DNA of 64,000 bases from contig NC_042998.1 of the NCBI RefSeq assembly GCF_006345805.1, positions 176,266,001-176,330,000 of the forward strand, read 5' to 3'. Within the stretch, counting starts at the first letter, position 1. Each line of letters opens with the position of its first letter. Both the position numbers and the translations under genes were made by a program. The notes beneath the pieces were generated by a model that was given only the letters and a program-made list of their open reading frames with translations, was not told the origin of the DNA and did no database searches. Positions 35,264 through 47,487 of this stretch are shown piece by piece. This DNA is from Octopus sinensis. Taxonomy: Eukaryota.

Positions 35264-36566
35264 CATGTATGTGTGTGTATATGTTTGCATGTGTCTATCT
35301 ATCTGTTCATGCATGTATGCATGTAACCATGAACATGTGGATCTGTATGTCTTAACTTACGTTTGTGTGCATATACACATATTTGCATATCTATTTTTGT
35401 GTATTTGCATATATGTAGAGATGCTGAACTTCTGCAATGAATTACATACTTTTACAGTGCAATTAATGGTTTGTAGTTGTAATATCTGTTTGAGCGTGTT
35501 CTTTCTCAAGACTGGTGCCGAGACAGTAAGTTACACTTGATTTAGAATTGAAGATAATTTCGTTTCACTCTCTTGTTTTGAAGACAAGTAAGCAGCATAA
35601 TTTTCAAATTGGTAATATGGATAAAACTCTGTTTTTGGTCTTTTTGGAAACAGTACGGTTGACATAAAAAGAAAACAGTTCGTGTGAGGATCATAGAATA
35701 TGAACGAATTCATTTTAATGTGATACTTGTTTGTGTTGAAGTAGGTTTCAAGTCAGTGTTATTTAAGATGAGCGTATTATAAAAGGTGGAGATATTGGCT
35801 ATCTGTAAGGCTAGTTTACACTCCAAAGGGTGGACAGGAAAATCGCATGATGCTGTAATTAAGTCAAGATGGCCTTTGTATAGGTGAAATCAATCCTAGT
35901 AATATAGTCAGTTCCAGGAACACAAGACAGAAAATGTGAAAATGAAACAAGTAATGATCCTAGTCAACCCCAATATTTTTGCTTGAATATTTGCTCGAGA
36001 AATCATTAAAGGGAAAGAGCTGTCAGACGTGGATGACATGTACATCTTCGGGCACAAAAAACTGACAAAAGGTAGAAACTTGAAGAAGCTATGCTTGTTT
36101 CTTGAGATATTAGGCGTAAAAAATGATTAAGTGATATTCCAGGTGAAAAAATGATGAAGGATTTCCTGAAGACGGGAATATGACCCAAGATAGATAGGCC
36201 TATGACTAAGATGACAAGGAACAAGAAAATAATACAAAAGTAATACCAGCATATGGAACATAGATAAAATTTGATATAGATGTAACGGGATGATCTTTTT
36301 CTGTGCCAGCAACGAAGATCTGAATTTAGTGGATTTTAACTGGATTTTAGGTTATAATTTTGTGTTACTAATCGAAATTTCATAATTATGCTTTGCTAAT
36401 TTGAACTTAATTTGCCTTTGTGTCTTTTCTGATATTGCAGTATACATCTCAACCATATATTATTTATGCAGTAGCTTTCCGTGATCATGTTCGTATTTAT
36501 TTTCAATATAAATGCATCCAACGAGGCGACTAATTCAATTGTCTGCCACAACTAATAAAAGTAAAT

Positions 36567-36977
36567 ATTCTCTTTACTCTTTACTTGTTTCAGTCATTTG
36601 ACTGCGGCCATGCTGGAGCACCGCCTCTAGTCGAGCAAATCGACCCCGGGACTTATTCTTTGTAAGCCCAGTACTTATTCTATCGGTCTCTTTTGCCGAA
36701 CCGCTAAGTGACGGGGACGTAAACACACCAGCATCGGTTGTCAAGCAATGCTAGGGGGACAAACACAGACACACAAACATATACACACACACCTATATAT
36801 ATATACATATATACGACAGGCTTCTTTCAGTTTCCGTCTACCAAATCCACTCACAGGGCATTGGTCGGCCCGGGGCTATAGCAGAAGACACTTGCCCAAG
36901 ATGCCACGTAGTGGGACTGAACCCGGAACCATGTGGTTGGTTAGGAAGCTACTTACCACACAGCCACTCCTGCGCCT
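36567..36977 (-). mobile_element. SINE family A, full length
   Basis: Complete head, body and tail. Confidence 0.95.
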
Positions 36978-37279
36978 ATGGCAGGTTATTTTGAAAAAGA
37001 TCTCTGGTTCTGGTATTTTCATTGTTTTTGAGGTAGATTTGTATTATAAAATTTTGTATCAATACGTCCATGTAAAACAAGCTGTACGACTTACACTTCT
37101 TTTGGTTTTATGTTCTGAGTTCAAATACCACCGAGGACGGCTTTGCTTTTTATCCTTTAAACATCACTGAAGTGAGTACCTGTCAAGCACTGTGGTCAAC
37201 GTCATCGGCTATCCCCTCCCCTAAAATTTCAGGCCTTTTGCATACAGTAGAAAGAATTATTATTGTTATTATTATTATT

Positions 37280-37463
37280 AAGGCGGTGGGCTGGCTGAAT
37301 CGTTAGCAGGTCGGGCAAAATGCTCAACGGCATTTTTGCCGAGGTCGACTTCGCCTTTCATCTTTTCGCAGTCAATGAAATAAGTGCCAGTTAAACATTG
37401 GAGTCGATGTAATCAACTTATCCACTTCTTCGAAATTGCTCGCCTTGTGCCAAAATTCGAAAC

Positions 37464-37508
<45 letters not shown>

Positions 37509-37740
37509 GGTAGTGAGCTGGCAGAATCGTTAGCACGCCAGACGAAATGTTTATCGGTAGTCCGTCCGTCTTTACATTCTGTATTCAAATTCCGCCGGGG
37601 TTGACTACGCCTGTCATCCTTCCAGGTCGGGGTCGATAAAATAAGTACCAGTCGAGCACTGGGGGGGGGTCGATGTAATCGACTAGTCTCCCCCCTCGCG
37701 ATTTCAGGCCTTGTACCTATAGAAAGGATCATTATTATTA
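37280..37740 (+). mobile_element. Two tandem diverged SINE family B variants with (TTA)n tails
   Basis: Heads at ~37281 and ~37506, each ending in aaagg/gaattattatt. Confidence 0.8.
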
Positions 37741-37751
37741 TTATATTATTA

Positions 37752-37784
<33 letters not shown>

Positions 37785-38579
37785 AATACATACATGAACA
37801 TTATAATGCCAGTATAGCAGGAATAGCACCTTATCCCTGGATAATCTCCTACAAGGTTTTTGCAGCACCATCATTCTTAATAAGTCATTTTCTTTTCTCT
37901 CTAAACAACTTTATCTTTTATATATATATATATTTTTATCATCTTTTTGTCATATTGTTATTTATCGTTTACGTATTTTTGCATTTGTCTATTAACCATC
38001 AAAGATTCAACTAATGTGTCGTCATAGATAATTGTATATTTGTTATTACGTGTCGAAAACATGAGCTAGCGCTACACATTATTAATTCTAGAATACAAAT
38101 AAACTCAACACATTCCAATATAATATTCATAAACAACTCGAGGTCAGCTGTCAATTATTATTGACCAATTAAGTGTGGCTTTGATCAGAATCCTTGTTGT
38201 AATTATATATAGATTAGGCGTAAAGTTGCTGTTGATGTAATTGAGCTTTGGTCAGCGCTGATTGTGCTCACCTATAATCAAATGCAATCTGTAATTAGTT
38301 CTCTCATGATGTATAACACAGAGTGTAAAAAAAAACATTTCTTGTCTTTGGTAAGTAAGTGTTATTTCCTATCTGATTATCAACAAAGGAAATGACTACT
38401 ATTCCCTCCAAACTTTGCTTTTGAGAAGTAAATATCAATGTTTTGAAAATAGCCTATTTTCCATTACATTTCAGACAGATTTAGCGCTGAGTAGCTGAAG
38501 CAGAAATATCGTTATAGCAATTATTCTACTCAGTACCACAGATTTGCTTGTCAGTTGATTGACCTTAACCTCTTGAGTA

Positions 38580-41030
38580 TATCCCTATATAAGTTCTTTA
38601 AACGGTCTGGATTAACCATCACGTTAGAAAAAGAGCATAATTCTATTAACTATTTTGATGACAATTGTAATTTAACCACAGGATTACATTAACCGTACAT
38701 CAACCGAATGCCAACCTCAAATATATTAATACATGTAGCAAACACCCAAACTTTATTAAAAGAGGACTTGTACAGAGCATTAGTAAAAGAATTTCGTATC
38801 TCTCGTTCAACGAAGGTATTTGCAGTAAGTATTAGAAACACTACAACATTGCATTGGAAAAAGCAGGTTATATGCAAAAAATTAAGTACTTTTACTCGGA
38901 GCCTTATAAAAATAACGCAAATAACATAAATATTCATAATTATAATAATAGGAATAATAGACAATATTTCTATAATAATAATCACAAAAACAATAACAAT
39001 AACAATAATAGTAGTAATAATAAAAATAGTAGGAAGAATAATAAGATTAATAATAATACTAATAACAACATTAGATATGATAACGGTAGAAATACTAATA
39101 ATGGGAATGATAACAATACCAAGAAAAATAATAATAAGAAGAAAAATTTAAATAATACACCTAAAAGAACCAATAAAGTCCCTGTTAGTAATTATAATAT
39201 CAAGGTAAATAAAATAGATAAATCGAATAGGAACAACCCTACCAAAGCTGATAGCAATAGTAATAAAAATAACAATAGAAAGAATTATAATAAGTATAAC
39301 CATATCTTTACGAGCTACAATAATACTGAAGGCAGTTTTTACACCAAAAACAAAAATATTAAAAATAACAAGCGGAATAAAGATAACATCTGGTTAATAA
39401 TCCCCTTCGTGATAAAACCGAAGACCAATATAGTTAAATCTATAATGAAACTTATAAATAAGCACTTCAATATGAATACGAAATACTCAGAAATATTTAG
39501 CAATAAAATTAGAGTTGGCCATAACCTAACTAGCAACCTAGTTACTATTATCGCCTCTATCAACAATAAAAAGCTAGACGCCTTCTATGAAACTAGGAAG
39601 AATAACCATAAAAAGCACAATAACCAATCGATTGATATAATAAGTAATCCCCCAAATAACTCACCCTCTAAAAATTCGGACAACCACCTCATAAATGATA
39701 ATACTCCTCGCCATATAGACACAGATAATCTTGCTAATCTATGTGGCTTCAGAGATAAAAATACTCGTGAATTCTTGAATAAATGTAAAGCTAAAAATGT
39801 AATCTTCCAATGTAGTGTATTCTCAAATAATTACAAGAAAACTTATATAGTAGATACTAAAAATGAAATGAAACTTGAATATAATTCCCATCGCTCAAGT
39901 TTCAGAAATAGAAGTAAGGCTAACTCTACCGGATTAAGTAGTAACATCTGGGAACTGAAAGACAATAACATTAATTATAGATAAGAATGGTGATTCCTAG
40001 CCAAAACATCTTCATATAACCTTAAAAATAATCGCTGTAATATATACATAAATGAGAAATCCTTAATTTTAATGGCCAAATCAGAATTTCTTAATAAACG
40101 AGACAAGAAAAATATATGTTTACATAACGATAAATTCTTATTCTCTAAACACCGCTAATTACAGGTTATTAGCTGACCTGCATAACATCTAGTTACCTCT
40201 CCTAACCGACTCCCTTACCACAGAGCATAATTTAACATCACATCATAATTAAATTAAATTAAATTACCCCGATTAACTGAATTATCTATCTTAAATTTGC
40301 AATGTACACCAGGACATATAATTCTCTATAATATATTCACTTTAAAGTTAGATCGCTGACTAACATACCAATTGCTAGGGCGGCCATTAATATAAACATG
40401 ATTAAACGAGCGATTTAGCATATCTTAGCCGACTGTATTGGTTTTTAATCATATTAACGAGTAAATAGCCCGCGCCGCACATAACATGTTTTTTTCATAT
40501 ATTTATTATTATGCTTTTTACGTAACCAAAATTTATACATTATATCGCACTAATTTTTTTTAAAGTATCCTTAGTTTTTAACAAGGGCATTATTTGTAAC
40601 CATAGGGACTTATCTAGCGGTCACAAACAGCCTTATATATTGCGATTAACAACACCGCAAATTGCCACCAGGTATAACTCCTTCGACTAACACCGCTGTT
40701 CAGCTAATCATATTCCCCACTTATTGCTCCTTTCATCTAATTGAAGAAACGTACACACGCATGGGACTCAAAAAGGGCACAAAAATGTAAGCCTAAAGAC
40801 TTAACGAACGTTTTCCTTTTTCTTTTCATTTCCCTTTTCCTCCTATCTATATTCCACCGAGAAACTCTAAATCATTCTAACGATGTTTGTTAAATGGAAC
40901 GAGCTAAATGCAAGTTACTTCGACATTACAAACTGAAACAGCTATAAATGTTCTCGAACTACAATTAACCTATGACCTTTTAATACTAATGATCAACTTC
41001 TAACGATAATTGTTGCTCCATTTCTTTTCT
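38580..41030 (+). mobile_element. Penelope-like element, 5'-truncated (RT thumb, Asn-rich insert, linker, GIY-YIG, 3' UTR)
   Basis: KRSGLTITLEKEHNSINYFD, PNANLKYINTCSKHPNFIKRGLVQSISKRISYLS, ALEKAGY; IWLIIPF...KTNIVKSIMKLINKHF; HRSSFRNRSKANSTGLSSNIWELKD...EKSLIL; ends at (TA)n. Confidence 0.85.
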
Positions 41031-41170
41031 TATCTGTATATATATATATATATATACACACACATATATTTGTATGTGTATATATGTATATATGTATTAG
41101 AAGGTTTGGAGATGATGTACAGGTATTTTATATTAGAAGAAATGAGGTATACATACGTATCTCTCCCCTC

Positions 41171-41205
<35 letters not shown>

Positions 41206-41236
41206 CACACAGACACAGACACACACAAATATATAT

Positions 41237-41295
<59 letters not shown>

Positions 41296-41778
41296 ATACA
41301 TATGCACACATACAAATATATTTTACAGCATGCACGTGAAGCAATACTGTGGAATAGATAAACTTTTAAATCAATTCAAATAGGTTTGTGACATCTTTAG
41401 CCTGTACAAAGACAATTTTCACTGCAGTTTTCGGTGGAGAAAATACTCGGTTTAGTTAACAGTTGTTAAAATATCATTAGTCGTCTCAGGGTGTCCTCTA
41501 ATAGACCGATAAATGCATTTCTAGCTCTCTGCTATTCATTAATACCGGCTACAATAAGAGAGACGATACCGAGATGACTTTAGAAGCAGAAGCCAAGTAC
41601 CTAGAATGACGTTTATCGGTCTACTGGGGTGGGGTGGGGAGTTTTGAAATGGCTGTCCGTATTTTAATACCTGTTGTCTTAAGTTTGTCCTCGGAAAACC
41701 CGCAGCAGAAATGGCCTTTTTAAAAGTCAAATATGGCAGAATCGTCTGAACTGAATGAAAAGTTGTTATATATACATA

Positions 41779-41834
<56 letters not shown>

Positions 41835-41898
41835 TTATACTGAGTGCTTACTTGATATCTGCCAGGATTTTTAATCCCATTTTTCTCTTATATATATA

Positions 41899-42130
41899 TA
41901 TTTCTTTACTACCCACAAGAGGCTAAACATAGAGGGGACAAACAAGGACAGACAAAGGGATTAAGTCGATTACATAGACCCCAGTGCGAAACTGGTACTT
42001 TATTTATCGACCCAGAAAGGATGACAAGCAAAGTCGACCTCGGCGGAATTTGAACTCAGAACGTAACGGCAGACGAAATACGGCTACGCATTTCGCCCGG
42101 CGTGCTAACGTTTCTGCCAGCTCGCCGCCT
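41899..42130 (-). mobile_element. SINE family B, full length
   Basis: Complete head to tail. Confidence 0.95.
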
Positions 42131-42140
42131 TGTATATATA

Positions 42141-42633
42141 TCTATATATATAAAACTCTAGTTGTGTGAGTGTCTGTCCCCTTCGATTTAGATTCCTAAC
42201 TCCTCCCACATTTTGCGGTGCAGTTTAACCAAATTCGGGTATCTTATAGTCGTGATTCATATCGAGCCCGTCTGACTATTAGCGCGCGTCAACGATGAGT
42301 CTACGATTTTAAAAATAATTTAACATCATTTTTTATTCCATTTTAATGCATAAAATGCATCGTGTGTCGATGGCGGCGGAGTTGGCGTCCACGCTCACAG
42401 CTGCACCTGTTTGCTTCTCCCCCTTCCCTCCCTCGTGAAGCTGTGGGGAAGGGAGTGTAAAGAAATCAACGTCGTAATGCGTTGTGAAGGAGACCAGCGT
42501 TCTTTTAGAACAACGACTTCATGGCTTGAAGACACCAAAACAAAAATGGCTAAGAAAGCCCGAATTGGCATCTAAAAGTGCTTATATAGTTATTTCCCTT
42601 ACAAACCCGAGCAACGCCGGGCGATACTGCTAG
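42141..42633 (+). mobile_element. Non-autonomous Helitron-like element
   Basis: A|TC...hairpin...CTAG|T; 5' ~200 bp shared with 613-998 plus a distinct internal segment. Confidence 0.75.
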
Positions 42634-42763
42634 TAATATATATATATAATGCCATCAACTTTTCTATGAAAGAATTTGTCCACATCATTATCAACGCCAT
42701 CACCATAAAGGAAGCGTTCATCACAGAAGAAACTAAATTCTCGGATAGGAGGTAAAACCAATG

Positions 42764-42806
<43 letters not shown>

Positions 42807-42846
42807 CATACATACATACATACATACATACATACATACATACACG

Positions 42847-42895
<49 letters not shown>

Positions 42896-42914
42896 TGTAT
42901 ATATGTATATATAT

Positions 42915-43110
42915 GTGACCACGTGCGTACCGTTGGCGATTTTTTCCCTCCGTCTTCCCTTCCTTGGATCTTCCCTTTTCCTATGTTTCTGATGAAGAGC
43001 TCCGCTCAAAGCGTAAATCCTCCTTCTTTCTTTCTTTTCCTGAGCGTCCAATAACACTATATTTATTCCACGTCCTCGCATTGTTGTGTTTTCTCTTTGT
43101 GTTTTCATGT
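42915..43110 (+). mobile_element. (TA)n-flanked PLE pseudo-LTR-like fragment with degenerate HHR
   Basis: CTGATGA-a-gagc(tcc)gctc-AAAGCGTA at 42989-43015. Confidence 0.55.
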
Positions 43111-43116
43111 TTGGAT

Positions 43117-43241
<125 letters not shown>

Positions 43242-45639
43242 ACTGTTAGCTGGAGTATGGAATGTGTTCATGATCAGAAAATGTAAGAAGGTAATAGGGA
43301 TATTATTGATTAAATGAGACCTATGTGTTAAAAATTCAAAATCGATCTCGATACGATTCATTTCATTCTGGAGAAAATATGAAGTTTCCAACAGAAACTA
43401 TAGATGATACATGTTGTCATGTGTAGTGCGGAGTACTTTGATTTGGGAGATGTTGTTTAAGAGAAATGAGATTTGATATGCTTATTTATGTTTTAAATGA
43501 ATAACATTTGCACTTGAATATCGTAAAATAATGATTAGATTGTCAAATTCATATTGGTGTAAAATATCTTGATTCTTGACGAGCGAAGCAACTAAGTCAA
43601 CAGGGAAAGTGAGTCATTGGAATCTTTTAGCGATGCAGAGTATTCTACGAACACTTTACAAATTACTGATTTTTGCGATGAAATATATTAAATAATAAAA
43701 GAGAAATCCTTATCTGTGTAATCATATGATGCCATTTATGACGGAGAAAAACAATAATGGAATATATAAATAAGATCTGCAAGTATGACGTCTTAATGTT
43801 GTTATATTCTATTTAATATAAAATATTTTTAGAATTCCTTGAATCCTTTTTATATTTATCGTTGAACTATAACGTTTTATTTCTACTATGAAGTAGAAAT
43901 AAACGCTTCAAGATATGTTTGAATATTTAATTTGTATTTAGGAGCGGGAAAATATTTCATAATGTCGATAACAGCTTAATTTAAGACGCAATTTAATCTC
44001 AGATTCGTGTTTTCACTGGTTTAGTATTAATAGCTGGGAGAAAAGGATTTCGAATTACTGTTGACACATTGTCATATTTACCTACCTGCGGCGAGTTGCC
44101 ATCTTTAGTAAAAGGGAAATCTAAAATGTATTATAAGTACTTCATTTCGCCTTTGTCGGTTCTGAATTCAATTCACGAAAGGCATTGCATTTCATTCCCT
44201 TGACGTCGATAAAAGTAGAACAAGTAGTACACTGAAACTGAAATTTAATCAGCAATATTTCTTTAATATAAAAGGTGTCCTGCTTCGTAAAAGATTTTTC
44301 TTAATCCCGAGATCAGTTAATGGTAACTTCATTTCTAATTTCTAAGAATAGTTTGTTTTATGCAGCGTTAGATCTGATGTTATATGAGAAACCGTTTCAG
44401 AAACATCTATTGGTAGAATACCTGAAACATTTTTGTCCTGTGTAAAAAAAAATACAAACAATAAAACAGCAACAAGAATAAACAAAAAAAAAAACGCACA
44501 CACACACAAAGAGAAAAAAAGTTGTGACAATTAGATTAGATAGAAAGATAAGCATCCATGTTCCCCTAGTAAAGTTTGTCTATTCGATTCATCAAATGTA
44601 CCCGTTCATTAAACAAACTACTCAACCTGTAAGAACTCTTTCATATAATTACTTTTAACACTTACAATAGAGATGGGCGTCAAAGCTGGGTAGTCGACTT
44701 TGAAGAATTTTTTTTCCCTTTTGCTCTCAGTTTTCTGATTCATATCGAAAGCTCTGTCGTTGCTTTCATCTTTCCGGGATCGATATTGCCTTTCATTTCT
44801 CTCGAATCGATAAATTAAGTACCTGCATGGTATTAGGATATATTCAATCAACTATATTCCTCGAACAAAATAGCCCTTGTTCCTTTACAAAATAAAAAAA
44901 AATATCAAGAAATCAACATACGCACAAAAACACACTAAAAAAAATGCTCTTGTTAGATAGAAATTGGTTCCAAAAGTGAATAAAAAGCAGAACTCTGATC
45001 CTAACATTAGGCAGTTGTAATTTTGTTGCCGATGAAATTCGAATGCGTCTATTGTGATAACACAGTTGTGTAGTTCTGTTAATTAAGAAACGTAATTCAG
45101 TCTAGTTTTGGTTCTTATATCAGAATAATATAACTGTTCAAATTAACTTTAGTACGATAGATTTTTGTTGCTTGAGTAGCACTATCATTTCTCTGGTGCT
45201 TTGTTGGTAACAGAGACGTTAGAACGTCGGGCAAAATGCTTCACTGTATTTGTTCTGAATCGCTATGCTGTGAGTTCAAATTTCATCGAGATCAAATTTG
45301 TTTTCAATCGTTTCAGAGCCGATAAAAATTGCCAGTCCAAAGCAGTGGGTTGGCAGGATTATAAGAATGTCGGATAGGATGTTGTTTGTTCTGGCTCTTT
45401 GCGTTTTGCGTTTAAAATCCTGCTGTGATCTATCTACATGGATGGTAGGCTTTATCCGTGAATATTTTGCTTAATTTTTTCAACACCTTAAAAATGTGAT
45501 GGAAACTTAAAAACAGAAAAATTTTTGTTTTCAGTTTTCATAACGTTAGTAAACAGTCTTAGAATTTGCAATTTGATACTTAAGAACAATGTTTTCTTAT
45601 TGTATATCTTTATAGACAAGCAATATTCGTGGCCATTTT

Positions 45640-45836
45640 AACATGGTTGTCTGTTCGAGCGGACTCTACTGCGATTTTTAAACCCCAAGAGGACATCTCC
45701 TCTGGCTGGTTAACGATGCACAGTTGCATTTGATAAAATTGCAAGCAGGGGAGCGAACCCCTACAACCTCCTAGCGATGGGACCGGTAGACCAATCCTGG
45801 TTTCGGACTATTCCTGCTACTCCTCAGTACTGGACA
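45640..45836 (-). mobile_element. HHR-containing structured repeat, homologous to 12450-12660
   Basis: ctactgcgatttttaaaccccaagaggacatctcc ~ ttactgtagcttttagccccaggagatcatcgtctcc; colinear similarity continues to the HHR. Confidence 0.6.
45783..45833 (-). ncRNA. Candidate type I hammerhead ribozyme with a true stem III hairpin
   Basis: Minus strand: ccagta-CTGAGGA-gtagca-gga(atag)tcc-GAA-ACCA(ggat)TGGT-C-taccgg. Confidence 0.6.
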
Positions 45837-45844
45837 CCGCGTCT

Positions 45845-46400
45845 GTTTCTGTATACGCGAATGACGTCGCCATCACCGTGTCTGATGAAGCTCAGCTACT
45901 TTGTGTAGAGGATGCTATCAAAGGATACGAGGCGGCGACAGAGGCAAAAATTATCAAGGACAAGTCCATCGGCTTGCAGCTGGCACCTCAGTAGGCAAGG
46001 CGACACCGTCTAGTGTCGTGGGGAACTGGATGGAAGGTCCTGTTAAGTTGCTTGGTGTCTGATTTGGACCGGATCTCCAAACGGAGAAGAATTAAAGGTA
46101 GCAGACTAACCCGGACCTGGTCTGGAAGGTCGCTATCCCTGAAAGGGAAGGCAGAGGTGGTGCAGGTGCATATTGCATCTGTTATCACCTACCGTCTGAC
46201 CGCTGTCCCTTGCTCTGATTCATGGCTAAACAAGTTGGAACGTCTTCTCTTCCTGCTTTTTGTGGAGGGGAGGAAAACCGCTTGTGAGGCTCCGTCTGCT
46301 GCCAAAAACCGCTAAAGGGTGGGTTAGAGATGCCGTGGCTGATGATGTGCAGACATGTGCTGAGGCACCTCTGGATCTACCTGAAAGGTGAATAGATGAG
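45845..46400 (+). pseudogene. Tx1/L1-clade LINE reverse transcriptase fragment
   Basis: YANDVAITVSD...YEAATEAKII.DKS...VKLLGV.FG...WSGRSLSLKGKAEVVQVHIASVITYRL. Confidence 0.85.
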
Positions 46401-46444
46401 GAATCCGCTGGCAGAGACGTTCTGTCTATATATATATATAGATG

Positions 46445-47442
46445 AGTGTATTTTTCTCTTAACAATTAACACGGAAAATATAGATAAATAGTTACCAGGG
46501 TAGCAAAAAATCACACAAGTAAAGAGGTTTTAACTCCTTGTTTTTAAAGGTAGAAACTTCGGGTTAACGTGGATTTTTTTGTATAATATATAAATAGATA
46601 AATGGATGTATAATTCAAATACTTTTACATCCGACACATGTTTCAAAGATTTCGCTGAAATTATTCCAAAGGAATAAATGGTGTAAAACAATGTTATCTT
46701 TTTTAGTGAATGTTAAATATAAAAAGAAAATTAATGTCTAAATTATATATAATGATAGAGATTACTTATATGAACTAAAGGTGTGTTTTTGCCAATGTTT
46801 ACATCGGTATGCACGCTCTATAACAGTGTTTACTGGGGATTTTTAGAAAAAATAATGAAAAATAGTTCAGAATTACAGAGAAGACAGAATTCCTTGCCTT
46901 TGTCATAAGGTATCGAGATTGAGAGAATCAACCATTCTAAATTAAATGGTTCATTATGGTCTTTTAGATCCCAAATTAATCTACTGAGCTCTGTACTGTT
47001 ACGTTTATTCCTATCCCTAAATGTTGAGTAATGGATAGAAATTCTTTTAGATAACTGTAACGACGTGCATCCAATGTAAAATCGTACTTTATTATGGGTA
47101 CTTATTTTACATTGGTATATAGAATTTTTAATTTTAGAGTTACTTGACATAAACTTAATTCTGTTGGAATTGACTTCAGATACAATAACCTTGTTATCAA
47201 TATTTCTAGCGGGATGGATGGTATTAGCTAAATTAATGTTAGTATTAGTAAATGTATAAATATTTAACAGGTTGTTATTATGTGAAGAGATAATTTGTAA
47301 GAGACTTGACTTTTTGTGTTGGAAAAACCAATCCTAACTGTATGTGAGTTGATAATAGAGTAATACCTAGAACTAACTACATTAGTAGCATGAAGTAAAG
47401 TTACAATTCATCAGTTGCCTACAGCGTATGTTCAGTGTTTCC

Positions 47443-47445
<3 letters not shown>
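46445..47445 (-). mobile_element. Penelope-like element, 3' fragment (linker, GIY-YIG, 3' UTR) between (TA)n tracts
   Basis: SIYQCKISTHNKVRFYIGCT...KRISIH...NSTELSRLIWDLKD...CLLCNSELFFI; upstream INSHTVRIGF linker; GAAACATGT motif in the UTR. Confidence 0.85.

Positions 47446-47487
<42 letters not shown>

Noticed and set aside
35990-36110. DVDDMYIFG resembling an RT YxDD motif
   Set aside because: Isolated motif flanked by stops; surrounding RT motifs not found.
40730-40795. Possible decayed HHR in the PLE 3' UTR (also ~57825-57860)
   Set aside because: Too many core mismatches to support from single copies.
45878-45895. CTGATGAAG
   Set aside because: Lies within Tx1 RT coding sequence with no downstream GAAA or stems.
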